Shown one piece after another: positions 8,824-18,203 of a stretch of DNA of 64,000 nt. The notes beneath the pieces are model-generated. The model saw nothing but the letters and a program-made list of their open reading frames with translations, ran no database searches and was not told where the DNA came from. Both the position numbers and the translations under genes were made by a program. How positions within the stretch are numbered: position 1 is the first letter of the stretch; each line of letters starts with the position of its first letter. This stretch comes from Myxococcota bacterium (GTDB taxonomy: Bacteria > Myxococcota_A > UBA9160 > UBA6930). The stretch is from the NCBI GenBank assembly GCA_965223705.1, contig OZ245015.1:2880001-2944000 (forward strand), written 5' to 3'.

Positions 8824-10479
8824 TCAAAGCAGAAGTAGCGTGAGGTACAAGCCGATGATTTCGCGGTCGTAGTCAAACACCGCGGCGTTCGAATCGTTGT
8901 CGATCCACTGGTACCGAAGGGCCGCGCTCATGCGCTCGTTGAGATCGCGCTCGAGGCCGACGGAGAGATGAATCGTGCGATCGCGGCGGTTCGCGGAGCT
9001 GAGTCGGTATTGCGTCCCGTCTTCCAAGACGTCCGCCGGATCCGGGTACGACGTGGGATCGTCGAACGGTCGGTAGAGCAAGGAACCGGACGTGTCGAGA
9101 ATGACTTCCCAGGGCAGCTGCGTGCGGGCGCCGAGCCTTAGCTCGTGTCCCATGAAGGAGTACTCGTTCCCCTGGGCATCGAACAAGTGGTAGACGTAGC
9201 CGGCGTGGAAGCGCGTCGCGAGGGCCTCCACCGGCCACCAATGCTCGAGCGTCAACGCGAGTCCGTAGCCGTCGCGATTGCGCGACGACGGTTCGTTCAG
9301 GCCCAACGGACCGCAGAAAGTGAAGCCGCCGGGACAGACGCCGCCGATCACGCCGGGACCGTCCGGAATGTCGTCGCCGCGGGAGAACATGAAGTCGTTG
9401 CGGTAGAAGCGGGCCGAGAGACGCGTCACCGAACCTTGCGCCCATTGGTAGTGGAGCGCGGGCGTGAGTGCCTGCGTGTTCATGAACGGGTCGCCGTCGA
9501 GCCAGGCGTAACCAAAATCGCCCTGAAACTGGGCGGTGAGCTGTTCGCTCAGCCGGCGGTCGATCCAGAACGAGGCCACCGGGTAATGTGAGTTGAATTC
9601 GTTCAATTCGTCGTGCGCCGATCCGGAGTAGTTGAGCATGGCTCCGAAAGACCAGTCGCGGTTGCGCCAGAGTTCCTTCCCCAAGGAAGCCCCCCACACC
9701 AATCTCACGTCGTGTCGACCTGAGATCTCGTCGGGGAGCGTCACACCACGCCCGCGTAGCACCACGTTAGTGTCGTATTCCGCACCAAAAGTGACGGTTG
9801 CCCACGCATCGCCTGCCTGCCAACCGCTGATGCGTTGTAGCGCGCGTTCTGCCGCATCGGCCCAGGGACTGTTGGGCGACGTCTCACGGGCGCGTTCGAG
9901 TGCGTCCTCCGCGGCGTCCGCCTCTTCCGCGTTCGCCAGCGCAATCCCTTCGTAGTAGGAGGCGACGGGCTCGACGGCATCGGGGTTGGCTTGCCGAGCG
10001 CGCTCCAAAGCGGCGGCGGCCTCGCGATTCTCGACGCCCTCCTGCAACAGGGTCAGGCCCCGGTAGAGCTCGAGGGCAGCCGTGTCCTGCGTGCGACCTT
10101 CGGCCGCTGCGAAAGAGATGCGGGCTTTGTCAAAATCGTCGAGGTGGAACTGCGCGATGCCGACGGCGAGATCGATATCCGGCAAGTCGGGGTCGAGGCG
10201 GCGGGCGGTGCGCAACGCCTCTTCTGCGGCGACGTAGTCGCGTTGACTGAGGAGGCAGCGACCGAGCAGAAACGGAGCGCGCGGGTCGCTGGGCTCCGCG
10301 TCGGCGGCCTCCCGGAGGACCGGTATCGCTTCGCCACAGTTGCCGGCTGCAACCAGGCGCTCGCCGCGGAGCCTGATCACCGCCCCTTCGTCGGCGGCAA
10401 AGGACGGGATCGCCGTGCAGGCGAAAAGCAACACGGGTGCACTGACGCGCAGGCGCCAGCTTCGGCTCCACATTCCCAA
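8824..10479 (-). CDS. TPR-repeat + outer-membrane beta-barrel protein (DUF560/Slam-like architecture)
   Basis: Signal peptide, N-terminal TPRs, then GAEYDTNV and alternating aromatic beta-strands ending in NDSNAAVFDYDREIIGLYLT. Confidence 0.75.
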   Translation of the reverse strand: MGMWSRSWRLRVSAPVLLFACTAIPSFAADEGAVIRLRGERLVAAGNCGEAIPVLREAADAEPSDPRAPFLLGRCLLSQRDYVAAEEALRTARRLDPDLPDIDLAVGIAQFHLDDFDKARISFAAAEGRTQDTAALELYRGLTLLQEGVENREAAAALERARQANPDAVEPVASYYEGIALANAEEADAAEDALERARETSPNSPWADAAERALQRISGWQAGDAWATVTFGAEYDTNVVLRGRGVTLPDEISGRHDVRLVWGASLGKELWRNRDWSFGAMLNYSGSAHDELNEFNSHYPVASFWIDRRLSEQLTAQFQGDFGYAWLDGDPFMNTQALTPALHYQWAQGSVTRLSARFYRNDFMFSRGDDIPDGPGVIGGVCPGGFTFCGPLGLNEPSSRNRDGYGLALTLEHWWPVEALATRFHAGYVYHLFDAQGNEYSFMGHELRLGARTQLPWEVILDTSGSLLYRPFDDPTSYPDPADVLEDGTQYRLSSANRRDRTIHLSVGLERDLNERMSAALRYQWIDNDSNAAVFDYDREIIGLYLTLLLL

Positions 10480-10601
10480 GACCCCCCCAGTCCGTCACCC
10501 CGAGAATGATGGTTCGGAGCGACGGAATCCAGCGGAGGATCCCGAATTCACGCGGTGTTGACAAAGCGAAACCCCCTAGGGGAAGGGAGTTTGGGTGGGA
10601 T

Positions 10602-11129
10602 TCAGCGAATCCGGACGACCATGGGGCGCAGCATGCGGCGACGCCGCTCGCCCTTCGCGGACCCGCGCGCGGGCGCGATCGCGCCACGGGCTTCGAGCCA
10701 CTCGAGGAGGGCGAGCATTCCGGGGTCTCCGGCTCGAACACAACCCAATGTAATGGGTTTTCCCAGCACCAATTCCGCTCCGCCGCCGTGGATGGCGAGA
10801 GAGCCGTCATCGCTGAACGGCAGCTTTGCGACCCCCATCGGCGTTTCTTCGCCGGGCTCCATGAAGACTGCGCCGCCGAGACGAGCCTTCGGGCCAGGCG
10901 TCCACGACGGGTTCTCGACGACGCGGCGGACGGCGTACTCGCCGCTTGGGGTCGGGTTGGCCGGGGAGCCCACGGAGACGGTCAGCGCCGGCCCCGGCAG
11001 ACCGTGAAGTCGATCCACCGCGTGGAGCTCGAAACGGGCGCGCGACACGTCGAGGACGATCCCCGGGTCCCCCCGAACAGCGCCCAACGCGGGAATTACG
11101 CTGACGGCGACCAGTAGGATGGGAACCAT
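10602..11129 (-). CDS. L,D-transpeptidase (YkuD family)
   Basis: VSVGSPANPTPSGEY, NPSWTP, PMG, AIHG..GKPITLGCVR catalytic His/Cys motif. Start codon uncertain. Confidence 0.8.
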   Translation of the reverse strand: MVPILLVAVSVIPALGAVRGDPGIVLDVSRARFELHAVDRLHGLPGPALTVSVGSPANPTPSGEYAVRRVVENPSWTPGPKARLGGAVFMEPGEETPMGVAKLPFSDDGSLAIHGGGAELVLGKPITLGCVRAGDPGMLALLEWLEARGAIAPARGSAKGERRRRMLRPMVVRIR

Positions 11130-12336
11130 GCCGTTCAAACCGAGCGAGCTCCGCCGCGTCTTCCCCGAGCCGGTCCGCGAGCTGGCGCGCGCGCTCGTCG
11201 CCGCCGGAGGCGCGGCCTTCGCGGTGGGCGGGTGCGTCCGCGACTTCCTGCGCGGGCTTCCACCCGCCGATTTCGATATCGCCACGAGCCTCGCGCCAAA
11301 CGTTGTCGTGACCCTCTTCAAGCGAGCTATCCCCACAGGCTTGTCCCACGGCACCGTCATGGTGCCTACATCGGCCGGCCCGGTCGACATCACAACATAT
11401 CGGCGGGGTGCCGCGCTCGTTGACGACCTGCGTCACCGAGACTTTACGTGCAACGCGATTGCCCTGGATCTTCTCGCCGGCGCGATCCACGACCCGCTCG
11501 AAGGCCGCCGCGACCTCGTTGCCGGTGTGTTGCGCACGCCCGCCTCGCCGCGGGCGACCCTCGCCGCCGATCCGCTCCGGGTCCTGCGCGCGGGCCGCTT
11601 CGTCTCGACCCTGGGCTTCCGCATCGAACCGACCCTCCGGGCTGCGCTCCCGGAGTTCGCCGACGCGCTCGAGGAAATCTCGCCGGAACGGGTCGCGAGC
11701 GAGCTCAAGAAACTCCTCGCCGGCCGGTTCGCTGTGGCCGGACTCCGACTCCTGCGAGACTGCGGCGCGGAAGCGACGCTCCTGCGAACCCCACCGGGAG
11801 CGGGCTCTCCCCTCGGCCCGATCGCGTTCACCGACGATCCGGTACTCAGGCTCGCGCTCTGGCTTCCCCAAAGAGATCCCGGAGGCTGGCTCGGTCGCTT
11901 TCGCTTCTCGCGCGAAGAGACCCGCCGCATCGTCTCCCTGGCCGGAAGCGAAGGGTTGTCCGCGGGAGCGACAGACGCAGCAAGCGTGCGCCACGCCGTA
12001 GCCCGCCTGGGTCGCGATCGCGTAAACGACGCGTTGGACCTCGTCGAAGCGCGCTCCCTGGCGTGTCTTCCCGACCGGGAGACCGCGCGAACCCGTCGGG
12101 GCCTTGTGCGCAATCTCCGAACCGAGCTCGCTCGCATCGATGAAACCGGGGTCGCGACCACGGTTGCGGACCTCGCCGTCGACGGAAAGTGGGTCATGGA
12201 ACGGCTCGACTGTGACGCGGGTCCCGCAGTGGGAGCAGCGCTTCGCTACTTGCGCGACGAGGTTGTCCGAGACCCGAGCTGCAATCGCCCCGACCGTCTC
12301 GGGGCCCTCCTCGATCGCTTCGAACCTCGGGATTGA
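11119..12336 (+). CDS. Class II tRNA nucleotidyltransferase, probably CC-adding
   Basis: VGGCVRD, DFDIAT, TGLSHGT, DDLRHRDFTCNAIA, DPLRVLRAGRF, ISPERVASEL. The loop between motifs A and B is short. Confidence 0.88.
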   Translation: MGTMPFKPSELRRVFPEPVRELARALVAAGGAAFAVGGCVRDFLRGLPPADFDIATSLAPNVVVTLFKRAIPTGLSHGTVMVPTSAGPVDITTYRRGAALVDDLRHRDFTCNAIALDLLAGAIHDPLEGRRDLVAGVLRTPASPRATLAADPLRVLRAGRFVSTLGFRIEPTLRAALPEFADALEEISPERVASELKKLLAGRFAVAGLRLLRDCGAEATLLRTPPGAGSPLGPIAFTDDPVLRLALWLPQRDPGGWLGRFRFSREETRRIVSLAGSEGLSAGATDAASVRHAVARLGRDRVNDALDLVEARSLACLPDRETARTRRGLVRNLRTELARIDETGVATTVADLAVDGKWVMERLDCDAGPAVGAALRYLRDEVVRDPSCNRPDRLGALLDRFEPRD

Positions 12337-12367
12337 CATCCGCTTTTAGCGCCGCTTCCCTCCGTCT

Positions 12368-12793
12368 GTGCGTTTCCCCTTTTCGACCCTTCTCGTCCTC
12401 ATCGCCCTCGTCGGTGTCGTCGGTTTCGCCGCCTACGCGCAGGAAGAAGAGGTGCCGGCCGAACCGAGGGCCGAGTTCCCGGCGCGAATCGACCGCAGCG
12501 CCGCGGTTGCCGAAATCGAGCTCCGCTGGAGCGGCCCGGTCGAGGGAACCCCAACACAGATCATCGTCGAAAGGCTCGATCGCGAGCGCGAGCGCTTTAT
12601 CCCGGTAGCGACGCTCGACCCGGGCGATCGTCGCTACGTCGACCGAGGGCTCAACGCCGGCGAGACCTATTGCTACCGGGTGCGCACGCTCGGCTCCGAC
12701 GGAACGCTGCTCTACACGGCACGCACCTGTGAGGCCGCGCGCAAGGTCCCGGGTACCGTGGATGTGCCCGCCGCCGCGAGTCCGACGCCTTAG
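12368..12793 (+). CDS. Secreted fibronectin type III domain protein
   Basis: Signal peptide; IELRWS..IIVER..YVDRGLNAGETYCYRVRT. Confidence 0.8.
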   Translation: MRFPFSTLLVLIALVGVVGFAAYAQEEEVPAEPRAEFPARIDRSAAVAEIELRWSGPVEGTPTQIIVERLDRERERFIPVATLDPGDRRYVDRGLNAGETYCYRVRTLGSDGTLLYTARTCEAARKVPGTVDVPAAASPTP

Positions 12794-12819
12794 GCTCGCG
12801 CTCCGAGCCATGTGCGTCA

Positions 12820-12852
12820 CACCCGCTCGGTCTCGCTGAGCCCGAGCGGGTG
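12820..12852. terminator. Strong hairpin between convergent genes
   Basis: 11-bp inverted repeat CACCCGCTCGG..CCGAGCGGGTG with no U-tract. Confidence 0.45.
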
Positions 12853-12861
12853 CGCGGCCGA

Positions 12862-13506
12862 CTAGTGGTCGAGCACCCCGGCCTCGAACGCAAATCGTAC
12901 GAGCTTGGAGGTCTTGTGGATCCCGAGCTTGCTCATCAAGCGGGATCGGTGCGTTTCGATGGTCTTGGCGGAGACACCGAGGTTGCCGGCGATCTCTCGC
13001 GACGAGTAGCCCTCCGCCACCAAACGAAGGACTTCGCGCTCACGACGCGTGAGTCCCGACAACGCGTTCTCACTCTCGTCTTCTTCGAGAATCGCGTTCA
13101 CCAAGTGATCGCTGATGTTCGGCGAGAGATAGGATTTTCCGGAAGCGATCAGTCGCGCGGCGCCCAGGATTTCGTCGTTCGAACCGGACTTCAGCAAATA
13201 GCCGACCGCGCCGGCGCGCAGTGCCCGCCGAACCGCTCGCGCTTCGTCACGGCCTGAAAAGACGAGCACGGAACACTGGGGCACGTCGGCCCGAAGTTCT
13301 TCAATCGCCGAGAGCGAGCTGTCTCGCGCCAACGTGGCGTCGACGACGATCAGATCGGGCTTGCTTTCGCGCGCGACGCGGAGAAGCGCACTCGGGTTGT
13401 CGACTTCCGACTCCACCGAAAATTCCCCGCTCTGTTCTAGGATCGAGCGAACACCGGTACGAAGCGCCGGACAATCGTCTGCTAGCAGTACCTTCTTCAC
13501 AACCAT
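12862..13506 (-). CDS. NarL/LuxR-family response regulator
   Basis: VLLADD, PDLIVVD and GYLLK receiver motifs; LTRREREVL..IAGNLGVSAKTIETHRSRLMSKL HTH. Confidence 0.95.
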   Translation of the reverse strand: MVVKKVLLADDCPALRTGVRSILEQSGEFSVESEVDNPSALLRVARESKPDLIVVDATLARDSSLSAIEELRADVPQCSVLVFSGRDEARAVRRALRAGAVGYLLKSGSNDEILGAARLIASGKSYLSPNISDHLVNAILEEDESENALSGLTRREREVLRLVAEGYSSREIAGNLGVSAKTIETHRSRLMSKLGIHKTSKLVRFAFEAGVLDH

Positions 13507-13519
13507 TCCCCCCTTTGGT

Positions 13520-13655
13520 TGACTTTCGTGTACAAGTCAGCAATTACCGTGCCGGCGGAAACAGACAATGCTGCGCGAAAAACCGGGGTAACCTTGGGGT
13601 CCCCGCACAGCGTTTCCGATGCGGAGTCGGCCGTATTGTCAATCGCGTATGACAA
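13520..13655. promoter_or_regulatory. Two inverted repeats in the divergent intergenic region
   Basis: TGACTT-N8-AAGTCA (13520-13539) and TTGTCA-N8-TGACAA (13636-13655) in an AT-enriched region. Confidence 0.45.
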
Positions 13656-13677
13656 AATGTCCGACTGGAGTCGTGGC

Positions 13678-15108
13678 ATGCCCGACAAGAACACCTGCCT
13701 TCTCATCGAAGACAACGAGCAACTACGCAACATGCTCTGCGAAGTTCTATCGGGGCAGGGATACAGCGTTTCACCTCACGAGAGCGCCGAAGAGGGAATC
13801 GCCCACGCGGAACGTGAGGGTTTCGATGTGGTCGTCTGCGACATTTCCCTACCCGGAATGAGTGGAATCGATGCCATCGGACCGCTGCGCGACGCCCTAC
13901 CCGACACTCCTGTCATCCTCGTGACGGGATTCCCGAGCATCGAGACCGCGGTGCGCGGCATCCGTGCCGGTGCGTTCGACTACGTTACGAAACCGTTCAA
14001 CTGGGCGGAGCTGTTTCTCGTCATCGAACGCGCGTTGGAACATCGCGCGTTGCAGATCGAGAACCGGACACTGCGGGGACGGCTCGGAGACGGCGAATCG
14101 TTCGCGGGAATCATCGGCCGGAGCCCGGTCATGCGGGACGTGTTTCGTCGCATCGAGCGCCTCGCGAAGAGCCGGAGTTCGGTGCTCGTCACCGGTGAAA
14201 GCGGAACGGGCAAGGAAGTCGTAGCCCGAGCGATCCACCAGACCGGCCCGACGGGCGGACACCCCTTCATCGACGTGAACTGCAGCGCGATTCCGAGGGA
14301 TCTGCTCGAGACGGAGCTCTTCGGCCACGTGCGCGGCGCATTCACCGGCGCCAACCGAGACAAGCCGGGACTGTTCGAAGCCGCCGGTCGGGGAACGCTG
14401 TTTCTCGATGAGATCGGCGAGATGCCCGTGGGATTGCAAGCCAAGCTTCTCCGAGTCCTCCAGAACCGAGAAGTCCGGCGCGTTGGAGGTACGGAGCAGG
14501 CGCCGGTGGGGGCGCGCGTCATCGCCGCTTCGAACCAAGACCTTCGCGCCGCGATCGATCGAGGAACCTTCCGACGCGATCTCTTCTATCGCCTCAATGT
14601 CATTCCGATCCATCTCCCATCGCTTTCCGAACGGCCCGAAGACATCGCGCCCCTCGCTCAGCACTTCGTCGACAAATTGTCGCCGGACAAGAAGCGCGGG
14701 CTTTCTCAGGGAGCTCTGTCGCTGCTGTCTCGCCGGTCCTGGGAGGGCAACGCACGCGAACTCGAGAACGTGATCGAGCGAGCGCTCGTCTTGTCCGACC
14801 AGGCCGTCATTCAAGCGGAGGACTTGCCGCTCGAGGACGAGCAATCGACCGCGACCCCGGACGACGATGCTTGGGAAACGCTCCTCCAGCGGGCGTCGGA
14901 ACGCGGGCTGACGGTTCGCGAACTATCCGATCGCTATATCGCGCACGTACTGCGTGCCCACGATGGCAACAAGACCCGCGCGGCGAGTCGCTTGGGAGTC
15001 GCGGTGCGAACGCTGTACCGAAAGAACGTCGCCGCGCAGGAGGGGCCCTCTACGCCGGGGGATCCGAGCGATCCTTCGCAGAGCGCTTGGGGACATAGAG
15101 ATCCGTGA
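13678..15108 (+). CDS. NtrC-family sigma-54-dependent response regulator
   Basis: ATG at 13678 after GGAG. Receiver domain (LIEDN, VVCDISLPG, YVTKPF), GESGTGKE, GAFTGA and a Fis HTH. Confidence 0.94.
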   Translation: MPDKNTCLLIEDNEQLRNMLCEVLSGQGYSVSPHESAEEGIAHAEREGFDVVVCDISLPGMSGIDAIGPLRDALPDTPVILVTGFPSIETAVRGIRAGAFDYVTKPFNWAELFLVIERALEHRALQIENRTLRGRLGDGESFAGIIGRSPVMRDVFRRIERLAKSRSSVLVTGESGTGKEVVARAIHQTGPTGGHPFIDVNCSAIPRDLLETELFGHVRGAFTGANRDKPGLFEAAGRGTLFLDEIGEMPVGLQAKLLRVLQNREVRRVGGTEQAPVGARVIAASNQDLRAAIDRGTFRRDLFYRLNVIPIHLPSLSERPEDIAPLAQHFVDKLSPDKKRGLSQGALSLLSRRSWEGNARELENVIERALVLSDQAVIQAEDLPLEDEQSTATPDDDAWETLLQRASERGLTVRELSDRYIAHVLRAHDGNKTRAASRLGVAVRTLYRKNVAAQEGPSTPGDPSDPSQSAWGHRDP

Positions 15109-16852
15109 TCGTGCCGTTCGCCATCTCCGCCGCGAAAGCGACCGTCTCGGACAACGTGGGATGGGGATGAATCGTCAGTGACATGTCTTCGGCGTCCGAG
15201 CCCATCTCAAGCGCGAGAACGGTCTCCGCGATGAGCTCGCCCGCGTTCGGGCCGACGATGGCGGCTCCCACCAGACGCCCGCTCTCCGCATCGAACAAGA
15301 GCTTCGTCTGACCTTCGGGACGCCCCACGCCGAGGGCTCGCCCACTCGCAGCCCACGGGAATCGTTCGCGCCGCACACGAACGCCCGTCGCGCGCGCTTC
15401 GGTTTCTGTGAGCCCCATCCAAGCGACTTCCGGATCGGTATACGCGACGGCGGGAATTGCGCGCGGATCAAAACTCGCCGGCTCTCCGGCGATGACTTCC
15501 GCTGCGACTTTGCCCTGATGCGTGGCTTTGTGCGCCAGCATCGGCTCGCCGACCACGTCGCCGATCGCGAAAATATGCGGCACGTTCGTCCGCTGCTGCT
15601 CGTCAACTCGGATGAACCCGCGCTCGTCGACGTCCACGCCCGCTCGGTCGGCACCGATGAAGCTGCCGTTCGGGCGCCGTCCCACCGCGACGAGTACGCG
15701 ATCGAACAACGCGGTCTCCGGCACGTCTTTCCCTTCGAAGCGCACGAGAAGCCCGTCTCCTTGCGCCTCGACTCCCGCCACGCGAGACCCCGTCCAAACG
15801 TCCTCGTAGCGATCTCGCACGACGCGCTCGAGCGGCTTGACGACGTCTCGGTCTGCACCCGCCAGCAACTCGTCGAGCCATTCGACCACGGAAACGCGGG
15901 AGCCCAAGGCGTGGTACACGGCGGCCAATTCGAGCCCGATGACGCCCCCGCCGATGACGAGGAGTTTCTCGGGGATGTCTTCGAGCGCGAGCGCTCCGGT
16001 CGAACTCACCACCCGAGGATCGTCGTAGGGGATGCCGGGTAGCTTCGCGCTGTGGGAGCCCACCGCGATGATCGCGTGAGCAAAGGTCACGACGCGGTCA
16101 CCTTCCTCCGACGTCACGCAGAGCCGGTGATCGTCCTCGAAACGCCCCTCTCCCCGCAAGACTTCGACGCCGCGACGCTTCGCGAGCCCGGCGAGCCCCC
16201 CGGTGAGCTTGCGGACGACGTCCTCTTTATGGGCGCGCAGTTGGTCGAGATCGATTTCCGGATCGCCGAAGCGAACGCCGTGATCGGCGAGCTCGCGGAC
16301 TTCGGTCAAGACTTCGGCTACGTGGAGGAGCGCCTTCGACGGGATGCAACCGACGTTGAGGCACACGCCGCCGAGCTCGGCATGACGCTCGACGAGTGCG
16401 ACCCGAAGCCCCAGGTCGGCGGCACGAAACGCAGCGGTGTAGCCGCCGGGACCGGCGCCCAACACCAGGACGTCGACGTCGGCGTGAGAGAACTCGGAAC
16501 CGGGCGATGCCGGCGGCATGTCGTTCGGTGTCGGTCGTGCGTCGGCGACAGGCGGCGCTTCCGTTGTCGCGGACTCCTCTTCCCGCGCGGCCGGCGGCTC
16601 TGCGGATTCCGACGCGTCCGCTTCCATGCGCACCAGGAGCTGCCCTTCGCTCACGTGGTCCCCCAGGGCCACGCAGATTTCCTGTACGAGGCCGGCCCGC
16701 GGAGACGGAAGTTCCATGGTCGCCTTCTCGCTCTCCAGCGTGAGAAGCGAATCTTCGACGGCGACCCGATCTCCGACGGAGACCAGGATCTCGATCACTT
16801 CGACCTGATCAAACTCGCCGAGGTCCGGAACGGTGACGTCGAAGCGCGCCAC
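15050..16852 (-). CDS. lpdA: Dihydrolipoyl dehydrogenase (E3) with N-terminal lipoyl domain
   Basis: LESEKATME lipoyl domain; GAGPGGY, GGVCLNVGCIPSK, HPHPTLSE. Confidence 0.97.
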   Translation of the reverse strand: MARFDVTVPDLGEFDQVEVIEILVSVGDRVAVEDSLLTLESEKATMELPSPRAGLVQEICVALGDHVSEGQLLVRMEADASESAEPPAAREEESATTEAPPVADARPTPNDMPPASPGSEFSHADVDVLVLGAGPGGYTAAFRAADLGLRVALVERHAELGGVCLNVGCIPSKALLHVAEVLTEVRELADHGVRFGDPEIDLDQLRAHKEDVVRKLTGGLAGLAKRRGVEVLRGEGRFEDDHRLCVTSEEGDRVVTFAHAIIAVGSHSAKLPGIPYDDPRVVSSTGALALEDIPEKLLVIGGGVIGLELAAVYHALGSRVSVVEWLDELLAGADRDVVKPLERVVRDRYEDVWTGSRVAGVEAQGDGLLVRFEGKDVPETALFDRVLVAVGRRPNGSFIGADRAGVDVDERGFIRVDEQQRTNVPHIFAIGDVVGEPMLAHKATHQGKVAAEVIAGEPASFDPRAIPAVAYTDPEVAWMGLTETEARATGVRVRRERFPWAASGRALGVGRPEGQTKLLFDAESGRLVGAAIVGPNAGELIAETVLALEMGSDAEDMSLTIHPHPTLSETVAFAAEMANGTITDLYVPKRSAKDRSDPPA

Positions 16853-18201
16853 TAGAGAAGCAAGTTCCGGATGTCGGACAGGCGCTCAGCCAGCGCGCCG
16901 GTGAAGCGAGCCGCCAAGGCCCCGTCGATCACGCGGTGGTCGTAGGACAGGGACAACGGCAGCATCAGCCTCGGTTCGAAGCTTCCGTCGCGGAACACCG
17001 GCGTCATCCGCGAACGCGAGACGCCCAGGATCCCCACTTCCGGGGGGTTCACGATCGGCGTAAACGCCGTGCCGCCGATCCCGCCCAGACTCGAAATGCT
17101 GAAGCAGCCGCCGGACAGGTCGGCAGGCGTGAGCTTGCGGGCACGCGCCCGTTCACTCACCTCGCCCAGCTCCGCCGCGAGCTCCCAGATCCCCTTGCGG
17201 TTCACGTCACGGATCACGGGCACGACGAGCCCGTTCTCGGTATCGACCGCGACCCCGACGTGGAAGTACTGCTTGTAGATCAGCGACTCTCCATCGGGCG
17301 ACAGCGATGCGTTCATGCGCGGAAAGTCCGCCAGGTTCGCCGCGACGGCGCGCAACAGGAACGACAGTAGGGTGAGTCGAACACCGCGCTCCTGCGCTGC
17401 GGCCTTCTTCTCGCTCCGGAACGCCTCGAGCTCGGTGATATCGGCCTCATCGAACTGGGTGACGTGGGGAATCGTGACCCACGAACGGTGTAGGTTGCGC
17501 GCCGAGGCGCGACGGATCTTGTTCTCCGGCTCGGTTTCGATCGCGCCGAACTTGGTGAAGTCGATTTCGGGAGCGGCGGGCCAGGCTGCGGGCGAAGTCT
17601 GCGCCGGCTCACGCAGCGCTTTCTTGACGAAGCCCTGGACGTCCTCTTTCGTGACGCGGCCCTTCCGGCCCGAGCCCGAGACGAGCTCGAGGGTCACTCC
17701 GAGCTCCCGGGCCAATCGGCGGACACTGGGACTCGCATGGGCGCCCACCGCTGCGACGGCGCCTTGCGCTTCGGCAGCTGCCGCTGCGACGGCCCCTTGC
17801 GCTTGTCGGGCCGGCGGGGCTGAGACGGCAGGCGACGGTGGCGGGGGCTCCACGGCTCGACGTGCTTCTTCCTTCGGCGCCGGGGACTCGACGGCTCGAG
17901 GTGCTTCCTCCTTTGGCGCCGGAGCGTCGGCACCGGCTTCTTGCGACACGGCGGCCTCGGCATCGACGGTCACCGTGACCAGCGGAGAGCCTTCCGAGAC
18001 GAGATCCCCGAGTGTCACGTGGAGCTTCGCCACTACGCCGGCGTGCTCCGAAGGGATTTCCATCGTCGCTTTTTCGCTCTCGAGGGTCACCAGCGACTGA
18101 TCGAGCGCGACGCGATCGCCTTCGGAGACCAGGAGCTCGATCACTTCGACGTTTTCGAACTCGCCAATGTCGGGAACGCGTAGGATGTGCTCTTCGGACA
18201 T
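16852..18201 (-). CDS. aceF: Pyruvate dehydrogenase E2 dihydrolipoyl acetyltransferase
   Basis: Single lipoyl domain, HASPSVRRLARELGV, SYDHRVIDGA. Confidence 0.96.
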   Translation of the reverse strand: MSEEHILRVPDIGEFENVEVIELLVSEGDRVALDQSLVTLESEKATMEIPSEHAGVVAKLHVTLGDLVSEGSPLVTVTVDAEAAVSQEAGADAPAPKEEAPRAVESPAPKEEARRAVEPPPPSPAVSAPPARQAQGAVAAAAAEAQGAVAAVGAHASPSVRRLARELGVTLELVSGSGRKGRVTKEDVQGFVKKALREPAQTSPAAWPAAPEIDFTKFGAIETEPENKIRRASARNLHRSWVTIPHVTQFDEADITELEAFRSEKKAAAQERGVRLTLLSFLLRAVAANLADFPRMNASLSPDGESLIYKQYFHVGVAVDTENGLVVPVIRDVNRKGIWELAAELGEVSERARARKLTPADLSGGCFSISSLGGIGGTAFTPIVNPPEVGILGVSRSRMTPVFRDGSFEPRLMLPLSLSYDHRVIDGALAARFTGALAERLSDIRNLLL

Positions 18202-18203
18202 CG

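Noticed and set aside
17750..17925. Short duplications in aceF (APKEEA.RAVE, AQGAVAA)
   Set aside because: Ordinary variation in the flexible linker.
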